The notes under the pieces are model-generated. The model was not told the origin of the DNA and did not search any database. It saw only the letters and a list, made by a program, of their open reading frames with translations. DNA of 64,000 bases from the human T2T-CHM13v2.0 reference genome, Homo sapiens: the NCBI RefSeq assembly GCF_009914755.1, contig NC_060936.1, one strand, 5' to 3'. Shown in pieces: positions 44,164-62,334 of the stretch (position 1 is its first letter; each line of letters starts with the position of its first letter). The translations under genes and the position numbers were made by a program.

Positions 44164-45773
44164 ACCTCTAGGGCCTGCAATTTGAAGCATGCCATCATAA
44201 TCAACATTATTATAAATAATTTTTTTTTACTTGGCATATAATATATAAAGAATACTAAAGAAAATGACTATATCCATTAGCCATATGCAATAAATGTTGA
44301 CCTAACAAATGGCAGCCCTAAAATTTTTCAAAATTTACTTCAAGGCATATTCTAGCTCTTTGGTTCTATTATTTTTCTTCATTGGTAGTTTGGTAATAGA
44401 GAAAGTAGTGGCATCTCTATTATCAAATAACGTAATGAAACATTATACATTACACATACTTGTATATAATGTTTCATTATGATATTTAATCTTTCCAACA
44501 ATACTATATAGCAAATAGAACAAATGCTATCATCCCTGTTTTATTGTGGATAAATCTGTAGTCCAAGATCATAAGTACCAAGCTAAAGAAAATAGCGGGT
44601 GGCAAAACTATAGCTCAAACAGATCTTCTGACTCCAAGTCTAATAAATTTCAATACCATTGAAGTCATTCTATATTTTCTAATATTTCTTTATTTATATC
44701 TGATGAGAAGTCCTGATAAAGTAAGGGATAAAATCATCTCCTTTATCATCACCTCCCTTATGCTGTATGGTCTCATACTCTCAGAATGCCTGCATATAAG
44801 AATAAGGTTTATTCAATCTATTTTTATCCTAAAAATTCTACATTTGTTTTCCAAGAGTAGAATGGCTTTCCTAAAATAGATATTGTTGACAGAGAGAAGA
44901 GGGATTTAAGTTCATCCTCATGTCTGAAAAGACCACACAAGCACAATATTTCTTCAGCAGGCAGATGAAGCAAACCCGCTGAGGATTACAAATTACCACT
45001 TTCACCCATTTTATAGGATAGAGCCAGAATAAATTTCCTTGCCCTTATTACTTCCTGCTACAAATAATTACAATTCCTGCAGCCAGAGGAGTGAAGGAAA
45101 GTCAGTCTTACCTATGAACATTTTATACATTTCCCCTAATTGCATTTGCTTATTATTTGGCTTCAGGACCTCGACCATCTGCAAATAAAGCAGGTTTGTA
45201 CAGGAATGACGAGGATAAGAAAAGTGTGTCTCAAAAGAGGCGTTTTCTCCTGCTGCACCACTTACCAGGTGCTTTTCTCTGCTGCCCACTGGCTTCAAAA
45301 CAAGTCAGCCCTGAAGCAAATGAGTGACAGCAGAAAGCTCATTTCAGCACTAGGGATTTAAAATTCATAAACTTGAAAAATCAATAAGGTATCCTTAGAA
45401 TCTCTATATTCACCTTTTGATCAAGTACTGTCAGGAATTTCATTTAACCAAAATAGGGTCAAAGCTATCAATCACTGTTTTACAAATAAAAGCCAAAAAA
45501 TATTTAAAAAAATAATGGTGAACATTTTATTAATAATAACTATGGTTATAATTTTTTAGTGGTTACTATGTCCCAGGCACTATGCTAACAGCTAGATGAA
45601 AGAATGTATGTAATACATTATCACAGCTAACCTCCAAGCAACCCTAAGATTTAGGTATTGTCTTCATTTTGTATATGAGAAAGTGGTGGTTTAGCATCTT
45701 ACAAGTGTTAGCACTCACATTTCTCCAAGTGTCAGATTTCAAAGATCTCACTCTTATTCTTCATTATATTATC

Positions 45774-46127
45774 CAGGCATAGTTTGTGTTATTGTGCATT
45801 ATATTATTGCCCTTCCCAGATACTGCATTTGTACAAATTGAAGGTTTATGGTAACTTTGCATCAGGTAAGTCTATTTGTGCCTTTTTTCCAAAGGCATAT
45901 GCTCATTTTGTGTCTCTGTTTCAGCATTTTGTAGCAATAAAGTATTTTTAAATTATGGTATGCACATTGGTTTTTTAGACATATGCTATTACACACTTAA
46001 TAGTAAACTGTAAGCATAACCTGTATATGCACTGGGAAACCAAAAACAGTGTGACTCAATTTATTGCAATATTTGTTTTATTTCAGTGGTGTGGAACAGA
46101 ACCAGAAATAACTCTGAGGTGTGCCTG
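45774..46127 (+). mobile_element. Internally deleted Tigger1 derivative (about 350 bp)
   Basis: CAGGCAT...GTGCCTG termini; both halves match the ends of the copy at 21214-23589. Confidence 0.85.
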
Positions 46128-46364
46128 CTCTGCATAATAACAAGCAATATATGTGTGATTTATATTGACATATGGTTTATTGATTATTATTTTTAAGAGG
46201 CAATATTTTGTTTGGCAAAAGTTAGTGTCATTTCCCACTTTGTGTTATTTACAGTTCTAAAGATTGATTTTTTAAATCAGGTTTTAAAAGATCATTTGCA
46301 AGAAGCTTGAGGTAGATTGGGGCATTTTACATTTCTTTTAATCTCTGAAGGTTTAAAGGAAGTA

Positions 46365-47872
46365 CAGTCTTGTACCACATAATGACATTTTGGCCACTGA
46401 TGGACCACACAGACAATGATGGTCCCATAAGATTATAACGGTGCTGAAATATTACTATTGCCTAATGACGCTGTAGCTGTCCTAACATCATAGCAACACA
46501 CATTACTCACTTGTTTGCTGTGATGCTGGTGTGAACAAACCTACTGTGCTGTCCATCATATAAAGGGATAGCACATACAATTATGTACATAATACTTGAT
46601 AATGGTAATAAATGGCTGTTACTCATTTATATATTTTATATGCTACACTTTTTGTGGTTATTTTAGAGTGTACTCCTTCTACTTACAAAAAAAAATGTTC
46701 ACTGTAAACAGCCTCAGACAGGTCCTTTAGGGGGTATTCCAGAAAAAAAAGCATTGTTCTCATAGGAGATGACAGCTCTAGGCATGTTATTTCCCCTGAA
46801 GACCTTCCTATGGGACAAGATGTGGAGGTGGAAGACAGTGATATTGATGATTGTGACTGACTGTGTAGGCTTAGGCTAGTGTGTGTGTTTGTGTCTTAGG
46901 TTTTAACAGAAAAGTGTAAAAGGTTAAAAATAAAATAAAAACTTAAAAAATAGAAAAAGGTTTACAGAATAGGATATAAGGAAAATATTTTTGTATAGCT
47001 GTTCATCGTGCTTGTGTTTTAAGCTAAGTGTTATTACAAGAGTCAAAAGGTTTTTAAAAATTTAGAAGTTTATAAGGTAAAAAATGTTACAGTAAGCTAT
47101 GGTTAATTTATTCTTGAAGAAATAATTTTTAAAAATAAATTTAGTGTAGCCTTAGTGTACAGTGTTCATATATGAAGTCCACAATAGTTTGCAAAGTCCT
47201 AGGCCTTCACATTCACTTTCCACTCACTTACTGATTCACTCAGAGCAACTTCTAGTCTGGTAAACTCCATTAAGGTAAGTGCCCCATAGGATGTATCATT
47301 TTTTATCTCTTACACTGTATTTTTTTTTTTTTTTGAGATGGAGTCTCATTCTGTCACCAGGCTGGAGTTAAGTGGCGCCATCTCAGCTCACTGCAACCCT
47401 GCTTCCTGGGTTCAAGCGATTCTCCTGCCTCAGCCTCCCTTGTGGCTGGGACTACAGGCATGCACCACCACTCCCAGCTAATTTTTGTATTTTTAGTAGA
47501 GATGGGGCTTCACCATGTTGGCCAGGATGGTCTCGATCTACTGACCTTGTGATCTGCCCGCCTTGGCCTCCCAAAGTGCTGGGATTACAGGCGTGAGCCA
47601 CTGCGCTCAGCCTACACTGTATTTTTACTGAATCTTTTCTATGTTTAGATACACAAATACCACTGTGATACAATTGCCTACAGTGTTTAATACAGTTGTA
47701 TGCTATACAGGTTTGTAGCCTAGAAGCAATAGTATACCATATAGCCTAGGCCTGTGGTAAGCTACACCATCTAGGTTTGTGTAAGGACACTCGATGATGT
47801 TTGCACAACAATGACATCACCGAATGATGCATTTCCCAGAGCACATCACCATCATTATGTGACATGTGATTG
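46365..47872 (+). mobile_element. Tigger3-family DNA transposon with a nested antisense AluS (47320-47612)
   Basis: TA-CAGTC...GATTG-TA ends; ggtcccataagattataa motif; Alu TSD tacactgtattttt. Confidence 0.85.
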
Positions 47873-50800
47873 TATTTAAATCTCAAACCACATATGGTGC
47901 TTTTGTCATGTAACAACTTGGCTAGATAAACTACATTTCCCAGAATTCCCCATTAGACCATAATGGAGATTGTCATGGGTTAATTGGAGCGCCAAGAAGC
48001 TTACACATACGGATATGGTAAAGTCCCTGTAACAAATATATACCTCCTACTGGTTCTGCTTCTCTGATGGAACCCTGATTAATCCCATAAAATTGATTGA
48101 ATACAGTGGGTTGAATTCTTTAAATTATTTATCATATATAAGAACTAGAGCTCTATTACCAGGTTCCATTTTATTCCAGTAAAGATGACTCATAGTTGGA
48201 CCAAAATTTGGATGAATAAATTCAAATGGTCAATGCAGGAGAGAGATAATACAAATCTTTGTTCGATTAATTGTGTTGATTTTCTCAGATGTTAATAGGC
48301 AGCATCAAAGAGTTTAGTTATGGGTTTTTGACCAAATATTTTTTCTCAAAGGAAGAAAAATTGACCTGTTTCTTAGCATACTGAAGTTTTACATTAGCGA
48401 ATTATTCTCTATAAATATATATCTGAAATGTTTTACTTTATTAAAGTATATTCTGCTTCAAATATCATTATAATTACAGACAACTGTAAGAATAAATCTA
48501 GCAACTACAGAAAAGTACTTATCTTCTAGAATGGCCAGATACTTCTCATTTACTGTTCATAAAATAATAACAGAACAATGTTTGCTCTTCAGGATTTTAG
48601 AAATCACTTTGAATAAAATTATTTTAACACTCTATTTTTCTCTTTGGGAATAATCAGAAAAAAAAAGAAAAGACAATAAAGTGGGTCTGGGGAAGGAAAT
48701 ACATAAATTCTGAATCCATTTTTTTTGTATGGGATTGTAAAAAACAAAGGATTTTGAATATTATTCAATATATTTCCTAATCTGGACTTATTTTGAGAAA
48801 TAGCTGTTCTCAAAATAAAACAGCCATAGAAGGGAAGAGGAAACGTGCAGCCTCCACCTTCTAATCCTAGTCAGAAGGCCCTGGCCTTTCAGGAAGTCTT
48901 GAGAAATTCTCATCTAGACACCATAAAATCCCTATCAAACCACTTGACACCTATTTTGAAAGGACTTTATTTCTAAAATTGGGCTGCTTTTTGCTAAATT
49001 AATTCAGAAGGGCATAAACAGAGTATGCATTAAGAAACTGCCATTGCTATAGCAACTGAAGGGAGAATTATAATTAATTATTTTTATCTCATATGTATAT
49101 TTTGTAGGAACTTTGAAAGGAAGGAAGTGGAAGTCAGGAAACTCAGTAATGGACTGGAAGTCATATATGACTTGAAAGCTTTCTTCCTAACTGTTTTATG
49201 AATCTGATAACTACTCTACTATCGTTTCTCCATCAATTCCTCCTTCTCACCAACAGGAGGAAATGGTTCTGGCTCAATTCATGGGATTTCTTGGGGAAGT
49301 TTCAATAGACTAATGGACTCCAACAGAAAAGTTTGTTCCAACTGAGATCTTTCACAAAATGTTTCATGGTAAATATAGGTCTTATTGTCATACATTCTAA
49401 ACTCATCAAGTTCTTCAACTTGATGGCAAAATCATCCTCTGAGCTATTTCAAGATATTCTCTTATGAAAAAACAGAAACAAAAAAAAACCTTAACAGACA
49501 CTGCATGCTAAATAAACTGAAGACACACAGCTTGGGACTCTAACTGCTTTCCTTTCTACTAACAGATACCGTCACTCTTGCCCAGTTCTGAATCCAATCA
49601 AAACTTAGTAAAACATTTTATTTCATCCATTAATGACAGAAAGGAATAAAAGAGAAAGACCTTATAATTATACACCAAATCTAGCAGAAGGTAAGTCTTA
49701 AATTAATTAAATTAAACTTTTCAAACAAAACCATACTGTCTTCCAGACTCATCCTGCATATGTATATTGGCCTGCCAGAACTGGTATTTATTATGAGCTA
49801 TTTGAATTTCAATCATTTATTCACAACCCTTATGTCAGGCTCTCATTAAAATTCATTCACAAGCAACTGGTAGGTAATACTGGCAACCCAATGTGTACCT
49901 CCTGCTTTTAACCAGATACTAAAATCTAGTGATGGCTCACTCTTACAAAGTTGCACTTAGGCCTGTGGGTGAAGTCAGAAACTTGCTTCACATAACTTTT
50001 TTACAACATACAAAGTAAGTATCATTCTCTGATGTGCAAATTGCACTGATAAGGTGACTCTTTCTGAGGTTAAGTTACATGCCCTGAGCAAACTAATTTT
50101 CCCCCTTTCAGTTTGTACATAAAATTTATAGCCAGGTGGTAGAGGTCGTAGCACCAATGTGTGCAGTAATCATATCTAGGGCCAAGATACTAGGATTATA
50201 AAAACCTCTCAGCTTTGATAGTGTGGATGCTACTTGCTCTCACTGTGGGTACATGCTATCTCCCTCCTCTCCTAATGCTTGAAGGTTGAGTCCACTCTGA
50301 ACCTTGATCTTACAAGGGCCCACCCACTGGATCCAATCTACAATGTAGCCTAAGCAAATCTTTGGAAAGTAATACAAAATCTACACCCACAACTAATGGA
50401 CAACTAATGCACCATTACAGATACACACTCATAAACTCTTCTGACATAATGCCAGGAAGTGTGTGTATGGAAAAGGTGTGGCTATACGGGTGTGTGTGTG
50501 TATGTGGTGTGTATTAATGAGAGATTAATTTTGATAGATTATATAGTTTTATGTTGGATATTCTTTCATTATATTGAATGATTGTATAAGAAATAAGAAA
50601 TTTGCAAATGTCATTTCCACTTATGAGAGTCAATAAAGAAAATGTAAAATGGCTGACTTTGGATCTCACTTCAGACCTACCTCACAGATTGTCAAATCTT
50701 ATTTCTCACGTTCATCTTTTAGTTATTCCCTTCAGATCAGGTGTGGTCATAAAGGTAAAAAATAACACCGGTGAAAGATAGACATGACTAGTCACCATAC

Positions 50801-51403
50801 ACTAACCAAGAATTCAATGGTATTGAGTGACTTACTTTCCTAATACTGGGTCTTTCATTTATTTTATGCTGAAGCAAATGGCCTAATTTGGGAGACAGAG
50901 CAAATGGTGGTCTTTCAAGGGAATACCTGTGTTCCACATTTATATCACATGCCAATACTGAAGGAAGGAACTGTGTATCTTTATTTCCATAACTGTAAAA
51001 TGTCCACACCTAAGCTGCAAACTTCCTAATCTTATTTCAAGCTTACACAGTGAGACAGGTCTGGGACAACCCAGCATCCAACTTGAGAGGCCATTAATCA
51101 TTTTAAGGATCTGTAAGTGTTTCTTTTGAATTACCCTCCCTCAAACAGGAGTAATGGATCTCCATTTTTCTGAGAGGTGAAAGTTGTCTGGGATTGCTGC
51201 CAAAGAAGCTCTGAAGAGAAAGGCCACATCAACTATGCTGAACAGAAAGAGAGAGCTATGCTGTAAAATCATCGAGCGACCCAAATAAAATGATATGGAG
51301 AATCTTCAGGAAGGATTAAAAAGCACTTTACCTTAGAATCCCTGCCTATGGGCCTGGGAAGCTTTCTTTGTTGTTCTCAGTTACTCTCAGCTATTTCCTG
51401 TCC

Positions 51404-52788
<1,385 letters not shown>

Positions 52789-53225
52789 TTGCCACAGTTA
52801 CCAAACTGCATACATTTCACAAATTTCCTGTCTCAAGATTCGTAAACATGCTGTTTCCTTTTCCTGAAAGGCCCTTTTCCTCAGTATCGACATATTGCGT
52901 CTTCTAAGCACAGGTCATATGTAGCTTCCTCTACAGAACCCTCCATCTGTCCTAGCCTTCTCTTCCTATGCTTACAACCTCAACGTTACTGTCAATCTAT
53001 CTTCTTCCTCTCTACTCCTTCTGAGGAATAAAAAAGTATTCTGAGGAATAAAAAAGAATATTGAAAGCTTGCCATCACTACCTACTAGATTTTAGCCCTG
53101 TCATGCTTTCCTTAATTTATTATCCATTGAATTAAATTTTTTATATTAGAATAATTTTTCCCTTATTGAGTTTCAAAAATCTTGTCTCATGCAGCCATCT
53201 GAATAACTTTATTCAATAAGACGTT

Positions 53226-53552
<327 letters not shown>

Positions 53553-56022
53553 TCAGTTTAACAGATAATAAACTAAAGCTCAGTGTACATATGTAACTTT
53601 CCAAAGATCACTCAATCAACAAGAGATGGAATCAGCTCTCTGATTCCAAATCTATTACTCTTTTCACTGAACCATGATGCTTTCATCACATGAGATTAAC
53701 ATGTGACTTCAAATTTATTACCAATGAGCTTCAAGTAACTTCTTAAGATTAATCTTTAAACTAGAACCACAGTCCTATGTTATTTACAGAAGTAAAAATT
53801 ACCTTTGAAATAAACCTCCAATATATTTAGAAAAATTGATATGCCCAAACTTCTGTGAGACAGAGCCATAAGTAATTAGTAAATAAGGAGCTGACAACTA
53901 GTGATGATAGTAACACATTAACTGACTAGCAGTCAGTTGCCATGAGATGTATTTTGCTCTTATGATTTTGCATGTATTAGTTAGAAGGAAAAATTTCCTT
54001 GTCCACCAAAAAGCTCATTAGTACTAAGCAAAAACTTGGGTGCCAAGCAAGGGCTCAGCTAATTCTCCTTACTCTTAAACAAATCATTAGATTCTTTATT
54101 CTACCCAAAGTCATTCAGTAAGATGTCCTTAATGCAAAGGTTAAATAAGTCAGTTCTGGAGAACAGGAAGAATTAATTTGCTTTTCATAAATAAACAAAT
54201 TTATTTTCAGGTTGACACATGTTTTCAACACAGTTGTTCACTGAGGTGGAAATTTTTTTTTCTTGATTCGATTTGATAACAATCTGAAAGGTTCAATTAC
54301 ATTTCTCCATCTGTGTTTGGACTTCAAAAAGCCTAAATTTCACAGCAGGGAGACTTAGTCACATCTCCATTGACCAACATTTCCCCAGTAATCTAATAGA
54401 CTGCTCTTGGTTGGAAAATGAAGTAAACAAACAGGCAAAATTCTTCTATTTCTTGACTTTCTTAAGGTTTGGTACATGGAGCAGCAAAGCATATAGTAGG
54501 CGCCATGAAGTAGTGGGGGGGCATTGGACTGTGCTGGAGACTCGCATTCTGGTTCCAGCTCAGCACCCAAGAGCCAGCAGTGTGACTTTAAGGAGGTCAG
54601 CCAATCTCTGCCAATCTCTGCAAAGTTCAATCAACAAAATTCTGGACAAGGATTCTTACTAAATTCTTCTCTCCTCTATGATTGGTTGCAATGAGCTTCA
54701 TATGAATTGTGTGTAGGCCTTGGCAGGGCAATGCTGTTTGATTCAAAACTCAAAAGCTCAGTAAGTGGCTTTCGCTTTTTCAGCCTAACACGTCTTAGGG
54801 AGGATTATATATATATATGGATTCACCCTGAAATTTCTTTGAAATTCAAGAATGCCCTAATGAGACACATACTTCGTGACTCAAGATGTGATATTTGTCT
54901 ATTTTTCTTCTTAGTAACAATGTAGGAGGAAGCTATAAAAATCTGAGTGGGAAAAACGTTCTTAAATTAGCTGCCGTAGTGGTTTTGGTTAGTCACAAGA
55001 AACCTAAATTACATAGGAGCTTGAAACTTCACCTTATATATTTGTCAAAACTGGACAGAGTAGATACACCGGGCTGATTGAATGCTTTCTCATCATATAA
55101 TGTAAACCATAGATTCAGGTTCAGTATGCAGGAATTGAATTAAAAGAGAACCAGAATTTAGGTAGAAGATGGAAAATTAGTTTGTAAGTACCTTTTATTC
55201 AGAAAATAAGGGTCTATGGAAAAAAATCACGAGAGTAAAAGACATAAAAAATTTCAGAGTGAAATGTGATATAACCAAAGAATTCAACTCCTACCAATAT
55301 CAGAATGTTGCTGTTAAAATATTTCCTATTACTGCTAAGCTTATGAAATCATATGATCAATGACAGAAGATATTGGAATGAAAGAACATTGATTCTGTAC
55401 ACATACCTGTGTTCAGCTTCAGCTGAGATAATTGACAATTCGGCCAGTTTAAATTGAAAAGGAAAATATCTGTGTAATGTAATAGTTTCCTTGTCTACAC
55501 AAGATGAACAAACTTCTTAGCTGTCAGGTTTTAAGACAAACATATGAAAATACTACTACCTCACATTCAGTATTCCTCACAGCTTTTTAGAAAATTTTTA
55601 AACGTATCTAAAATGTATGAGATGCTCACAGGAACTCTGTGATTAGACAGACCCAGTATCCTCACCTCTCCATGCACATGGGAAATCTACAGCACAGAAA
55701 GGTTAAGGGTCTTCGCCAGGTTCATGTTACTGTAGGCAGAGGTAGGACTCCATTGGATCCATGCCCTCTGAGTATGAAATCCTTCTATTCTAATTTTCCA
55801 AAAATGATGTGACTAGAATATGTCCTTTAAGATCCACTTGCAGGGCTGCCTTGTTTTACATTTTTTGTATGGGCATAATAATAAGCTATATAGTTTTTCA
55901 AGGTTCAATCCCTTTTTTAAAAAGGATTTAATAATGACCAAAAAGTACAACATTTCCCTGAACAGCTTCCCTTTCAGGTGACATCACTTTCCTTTCCATC
56001 CATTCACAAAAGACACTGTTAA

Positions 56023-56337
<315 letters not shown>

Positions 56338-56450
56338 TTATGTGATGCTGGAATTTTAAGTTCAGCAATAACTTTAGTTCAGGAAGAGAATAATAAAAAT
56401 ATATCTTCAAACAGCTGAGCAGGGAGACAGCATAAAAATGAACTCCCTGA

Positions 56451-56834
<384 letters not shown>

Positions 56835-59800
56835 CTAACCATTCACTCAGTTGTTCCCGAAGTGTCTGTGTGTGATGGGTGACAGGATCATTTTAAAGGA
56901 TTTGCTTTCGCAGGCAAACTCCTCAGTCTAGATAACAAAATTAAATTATTTACTAGTAGACATAGTTTGCACAGTGCCTGTTCACTGAAGCAGGCAAAAA
57001 GATAAAGCTGCTGATGTCACCCATGCTGCGTCACAGGCAGCTTATTTCCTAGGAAACTCCCAGGCAAGAAAGGAAGCAGCTTATTAGAGACAGGCAAAGC
57101 TCATTGTTTAAACGAGAGTTTTCTAATCCTTTCCCTTTCTGCCACTCCTAATCTCAAAAGCACTGGCAAGCACTGGTTATAAAATGTCACTGGTACTTTG
57201 CTGCTAATCTATTTGATAATGCCTATTTGTGGCTCCTGCTTTAGAGCATTTGAGGACAAGAGTGCTACTAACTTTTCAAAATATCTTTCCTAGAATTTAC
57301 TTTGAAAGGGAGGATTTAAAGAAGCCAGCTAATTAAACGGGTCCAGTCTCAAACTGATCTCTAGCCGGGATTCAGAGGCAGCACTGACATTGAACAGTGT
57401 AAAAGTTGTGTTGCACAGATGGTAGATATGTGACTTCTGCTGTTATCTCATTTATCTGGATAGTCTGCAACTCTTGAGATTTAACTAGCAGGATGACCCC
57501 ACTGCCACAGGCAAGATCTGACAAAATCTCTGAATGCATTTGAACAGTAATCTTGATAAAGCTTGGCTCAATTTCATACAGATGACAACCTTACATTTAG
57601 AAGTTCTGCCCTTATTAAGCATGCAAAAGCCTACCAAAGGAGCAAGAAAACAAGAAGGAAAACAGAATTCAGGGCCTATGTTTCCAATTTCAGTTGGGTA
57701 AATAAGAAAAAGTGGTAAAAATTTTAGATCAAGATCTTGAATTGAATACCCACGTTTCTCTTTTCTCCATACTCAAATTCCATTAAAAATGGAATTTAAA
57801 ACTTCAAAAAGGTATCTATTCACTAACACTACTGAGAAAGGGGTGACAAATTAACAAGCTCATGATTTAAAGTATTTTTGTAATGCATAAAACACATTGG
57901 ATTTTATTATTATTATTATGAACAGTCAAGGGATGTATTACTCAGGAAGCACACGGAACGATGCAATAGAGATGAGAGATTTTTATCTGGCTGAGTTCTC
58001 AGCAACTCAATCTCAAGGCAGGCAGTTATGAAAATGGAGAAATGTAGTGGAACAGATATAAAAATATTTAATTGAGAAGAGTTAACAGAAAACTTGTACA
58101 ATTTCAGCTGCCCCTGCCCCACCTTCCTTTCATGAGCAACAACAGAGGTTGTATCTAACACAGAATTTATCTCTAAAGGAATGGTATCTATCCCCCAGGA
58201 AAAGACTTCCAGAACTTCCCAACCATTGTGTGCCATGAATGGGTTATGGGTAGTGTGGCCATATAACTTGTTGTTCAAATCTAAAGACTTTTGAGAGTGA
58301 AGGAGAGTGTTATTAATAACTATTCTGGGACAACAGGTATAAACAGACTGTCACAGGCAAACGTGCAAGTATAGACTTGCTAGTCATGTGTGTCCTGAGA
58401 TACTCACCCTTTCAGCTCTTGGGTAAACTGAGGCATCCAGAGGTCCCGGGCCAGAGTGAACAACCTCAATCTATTACCACAATGTACCACCAAATATTTT
58501 CTCTGTGTTATGCAAAAAAGAAAAAAAAAAGATTGGGAGCACTGTGTTGAAGAAGTCACATACCCACGGCCCTTCCGTATGTTCCATTTGGCTACTGACA
58601 ATTTTTAAAAGATAGGCTCAAAATTTAGCAATCAGGAAGCTGCATATAAAAATCTGCATTTGCCATTCAATGGGGTATCCATCCATACTATACCCACATT
58701 CTTTTCTGGAAACAATCCAGTGGGGGCAGATCAGAGGCAAAATTCTCTCACCAGGAAGCTTCACTTGTTTATCTAACCTGCTTGTCTCAAATAGTCCATG
58801 AAACTTGTTTCCACTATTAATAGGCACTTCAGAGTAAATCCCTCCCCATTTTGGCCTGGAGATTGGGAGGGTGTGGCTGACCCGTTTCACAGCTGCAGAC
58901 CCTAAAGTAAAGTTGTCTCGCCGGCCCAGATCAGATCTTTTAAATGGGAAGGCATGAGAAGCCACCTTTAACAATCTACCTGGTCTTTTATTTAAAAATA
59001 AGATTAGCCACCCAAACACCACAAGATATTTGTGTAAAAAACAGAAGCAAAGAAAGAGAAGAGCTAAAATTCCAAGATAAATCAAGAAATCAACTGGATT
59101 TCCCTCACCACTTTTCCACACCATTCCATATACTACTTCATATCATTCTCTTCATGAGGACACTGGCCACTCTGACATTACCCAGCTTATTTATTTGTTC
59201 ATTGATTGCCTCCTGATTAGAGAGTTATCTCCACAAGAAGGATGATTTTAACGGTTGTTTATTCATACATGCCTTGCCCCTAAAATAGAGGCTAGTACAG
59301 AAGCAGCACTATAAATATATTATTTAATGGCATGGAAATAATCACTAAATGAAATACAGGCAGAAATGGTTAAACACGCCTTCCCTTAGGCAGAGCAAGT
59401 CTAGAAGTGGGGATGAAGAATAATCTTTTATCTATTAATTTTAAACATTGTATACAACTCTGATTTTTATTATTGTATGCATAAATTATTTTTATAACAA
59501 TTCAAGAAACAAAGAATGAAAATAAACTATTCATCAAGTTAAAACAATCTTTGCTTCCTAAGCTTGGAATTCTTCTCTAACATGGTAACCTAAAATACAC
59601 ATCTCTAAGGAACCCAGAGATTTTACCTGAACAGCCCAAGTAATTAATTATTTCTTGCCTTGTTTGTTTATAGAGTTGGTCTTGAACTTCTCAAGCACTT
59701 CTCAGTCTACTGGCTGAAAAGTAGACAAGTAACAAGTATAGATTCTGAAGTCAAAGGGCCTTGGATTCAAATCCTCACTTTATCATTTGTTATCTGTTTG

Positions 59801-60429
59801 TCTTCAGCTCTCTATGCATCAGTTAGTTCCCATTCATAAAACGAGGTCTTGGTTAAAATGAAAAATGTTAACATGAAAAAGCAATTGACCATGTCCTGAG
59901 CATTAAGCGCTCAATAAACAACAGTTACTTTAGTAATTATATTTTGTATTTTGTATGCTTCTATATGTTCAAACAATTTAACTATCTGAAATAGACAGTA
60001 GGTCATCATCTTTTCTAGGATCATTCATTACCCACCACCTACATATCAGGAACTGTAATGAACTTTGGGGAGATAAATAAAAATAAAATAAGGATATAAA
60101 CTGTGGACATGAGATGTTTAGCTCTATGCTCTTCATTATCTCATATTCCTCAGATTCCTAAAGGTGAAAATGACAGATGGCAAATAGCTAAAGCTACTAT
60201 GAATACAGATTTGTCACTGCCACACAACTCTGATTTTGTTTATATGCTTCCTTCTCAATCTCTACTTTTATTGGATCCATGAGTTTTAAGATTAGTCACT
60301 CAACTGTTTTGCATCAGCATGTAAGCATAAATTAATTTTATCATATTAGTTTCACACTCCACTTCTATCAGATCTCAGGCACCCAAGTTAGGATAAGTTT
60401 AGGAAAAAAAATCAAAAAAGAATTACTGG

Positions 60430-60769
<340 letters not shown>

Positions 60770-61961
60770 TCAACCAAAAAACTTAGGTGCTCACTATAAG
60801 CAAATGGTTTTCTTGTGTTATGCAAAAACAAAATAGTCTATAGGCATTAGCTAAGAAAATGAATAAGATATTATTTTCAAAAAATGCTAGCCTCATACTC
60901 AGTATATTTCTATTCTTCAATAATTTGATTATCTTCTATAAAATAGAAATAGGTGAGTTCTGACATGATGGACTTCCCGAAGTCACTATTTCATACTCCA
61001 ACTCTAAAAATTAAATATATTTTTTATAAATTAAATTTATGAGTTGAAAAATTACAAGGGGTGCCCCTGGTAAACAATAATCAAAGAGAAATCCTGGAAA
61101 GAGAGAAAGCAGAGGAATTAGATTCAAGAAGAAGACAAACGCATAGCAGAAGCCTCCTGCAAAAAGTGGAAGTGGCTCTGAGCACATCCCGAGTATGGAT
61201 AGTCAGATATTGGGCTCTGGCACCTGCAACAAAGGAACTAACTAGGTGGATACTTTAGCGAGAGCAGCTGGTAGATTGACTTTTCCACACCTCTGTCCCT
61301 CACCAACAAAAACAGAGCCTATTGTTCCTGGCTGGGAACATAGGTAGAAGAAGTATGTCCAGTTTCAGGTGACCGGGGACATTCAGAAGGAATGAGGAAC
61401 CTACATGCCTCAAAGGATAGTAAAAATAACGAACAGAGTATCCCATTCAGGAACACTTTCTTCGCGGCCCCATTCCATCCTCTCATTCTTGGGAGGAATA
61501 TTTACTCTCCAATTTGCCACAGTCTCTACTACCCACTCTATTTGTTTATTTTAGCACTCCAGTCCCATAGGCATTTGAGTTGTGCCCAGAAAACTACTGG
61601 CCATTCTTTGTATAGTCTTGAAAGGAGCAGTGAATTAAAATGGGCTCTAACAAAAACATCACATGTGTTTGTGTTGATCAGGTGACAGGCTGAACTGCAA
61701 AAAGCCCCATTTGATAAAATAACTGGCCTTAGCTGTAGGGCTTTACTAAACCAATAATTTGATTTGCTGAGTCCAAAAATAACTGTGTGAACCATCTAGC
61801 AAGAAACAGAAAGAATTACGTAGGAGGATTTTCAGAGCCTCTGCAAAGATGGGTTGATCCATCTCCTGAAGGAGCTTGTAGGGGCGAACAAAATATGCTA
61901 TTAAACTGAAAGGACTTTACATTGTAGGAAATAAGATCTGGGTTATTTTTAAAAGCCTGTT

Positions 61962-62334
<373 letters not shown>

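Noticed and set aside
45111-45312. Two short AG...GT-bounded segments on the minus strand
   Set aside because: No GH31 similarity in any frame; splice-like signals alone are common.
50833-50958. Exon-like open segment ending in gtaagt
   Set aside because: No recognisable protein similarity.
53019-53058. 20-bp tandem duplication ttctgaggaataaaaaag
   Set aside because: Ordinary local duplication.
58180-58281. Minus-strand NNKLYGHTTHNPFM resembling SI NNNNLYGHQTFFM
   Set aside because: The nearest acceptor gives the wrong phase, similarity does not continue into GVFL.NSNAM, and there is no donor at the expected distance; probably chance.
58618-59124. 168-aa minus-strand ORF with a hydrophobic N-terminus, considered as a membrane anchor/trefoil region
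   Set aside because: No trefoil cysteine pattern, no ATG start and no family motif.
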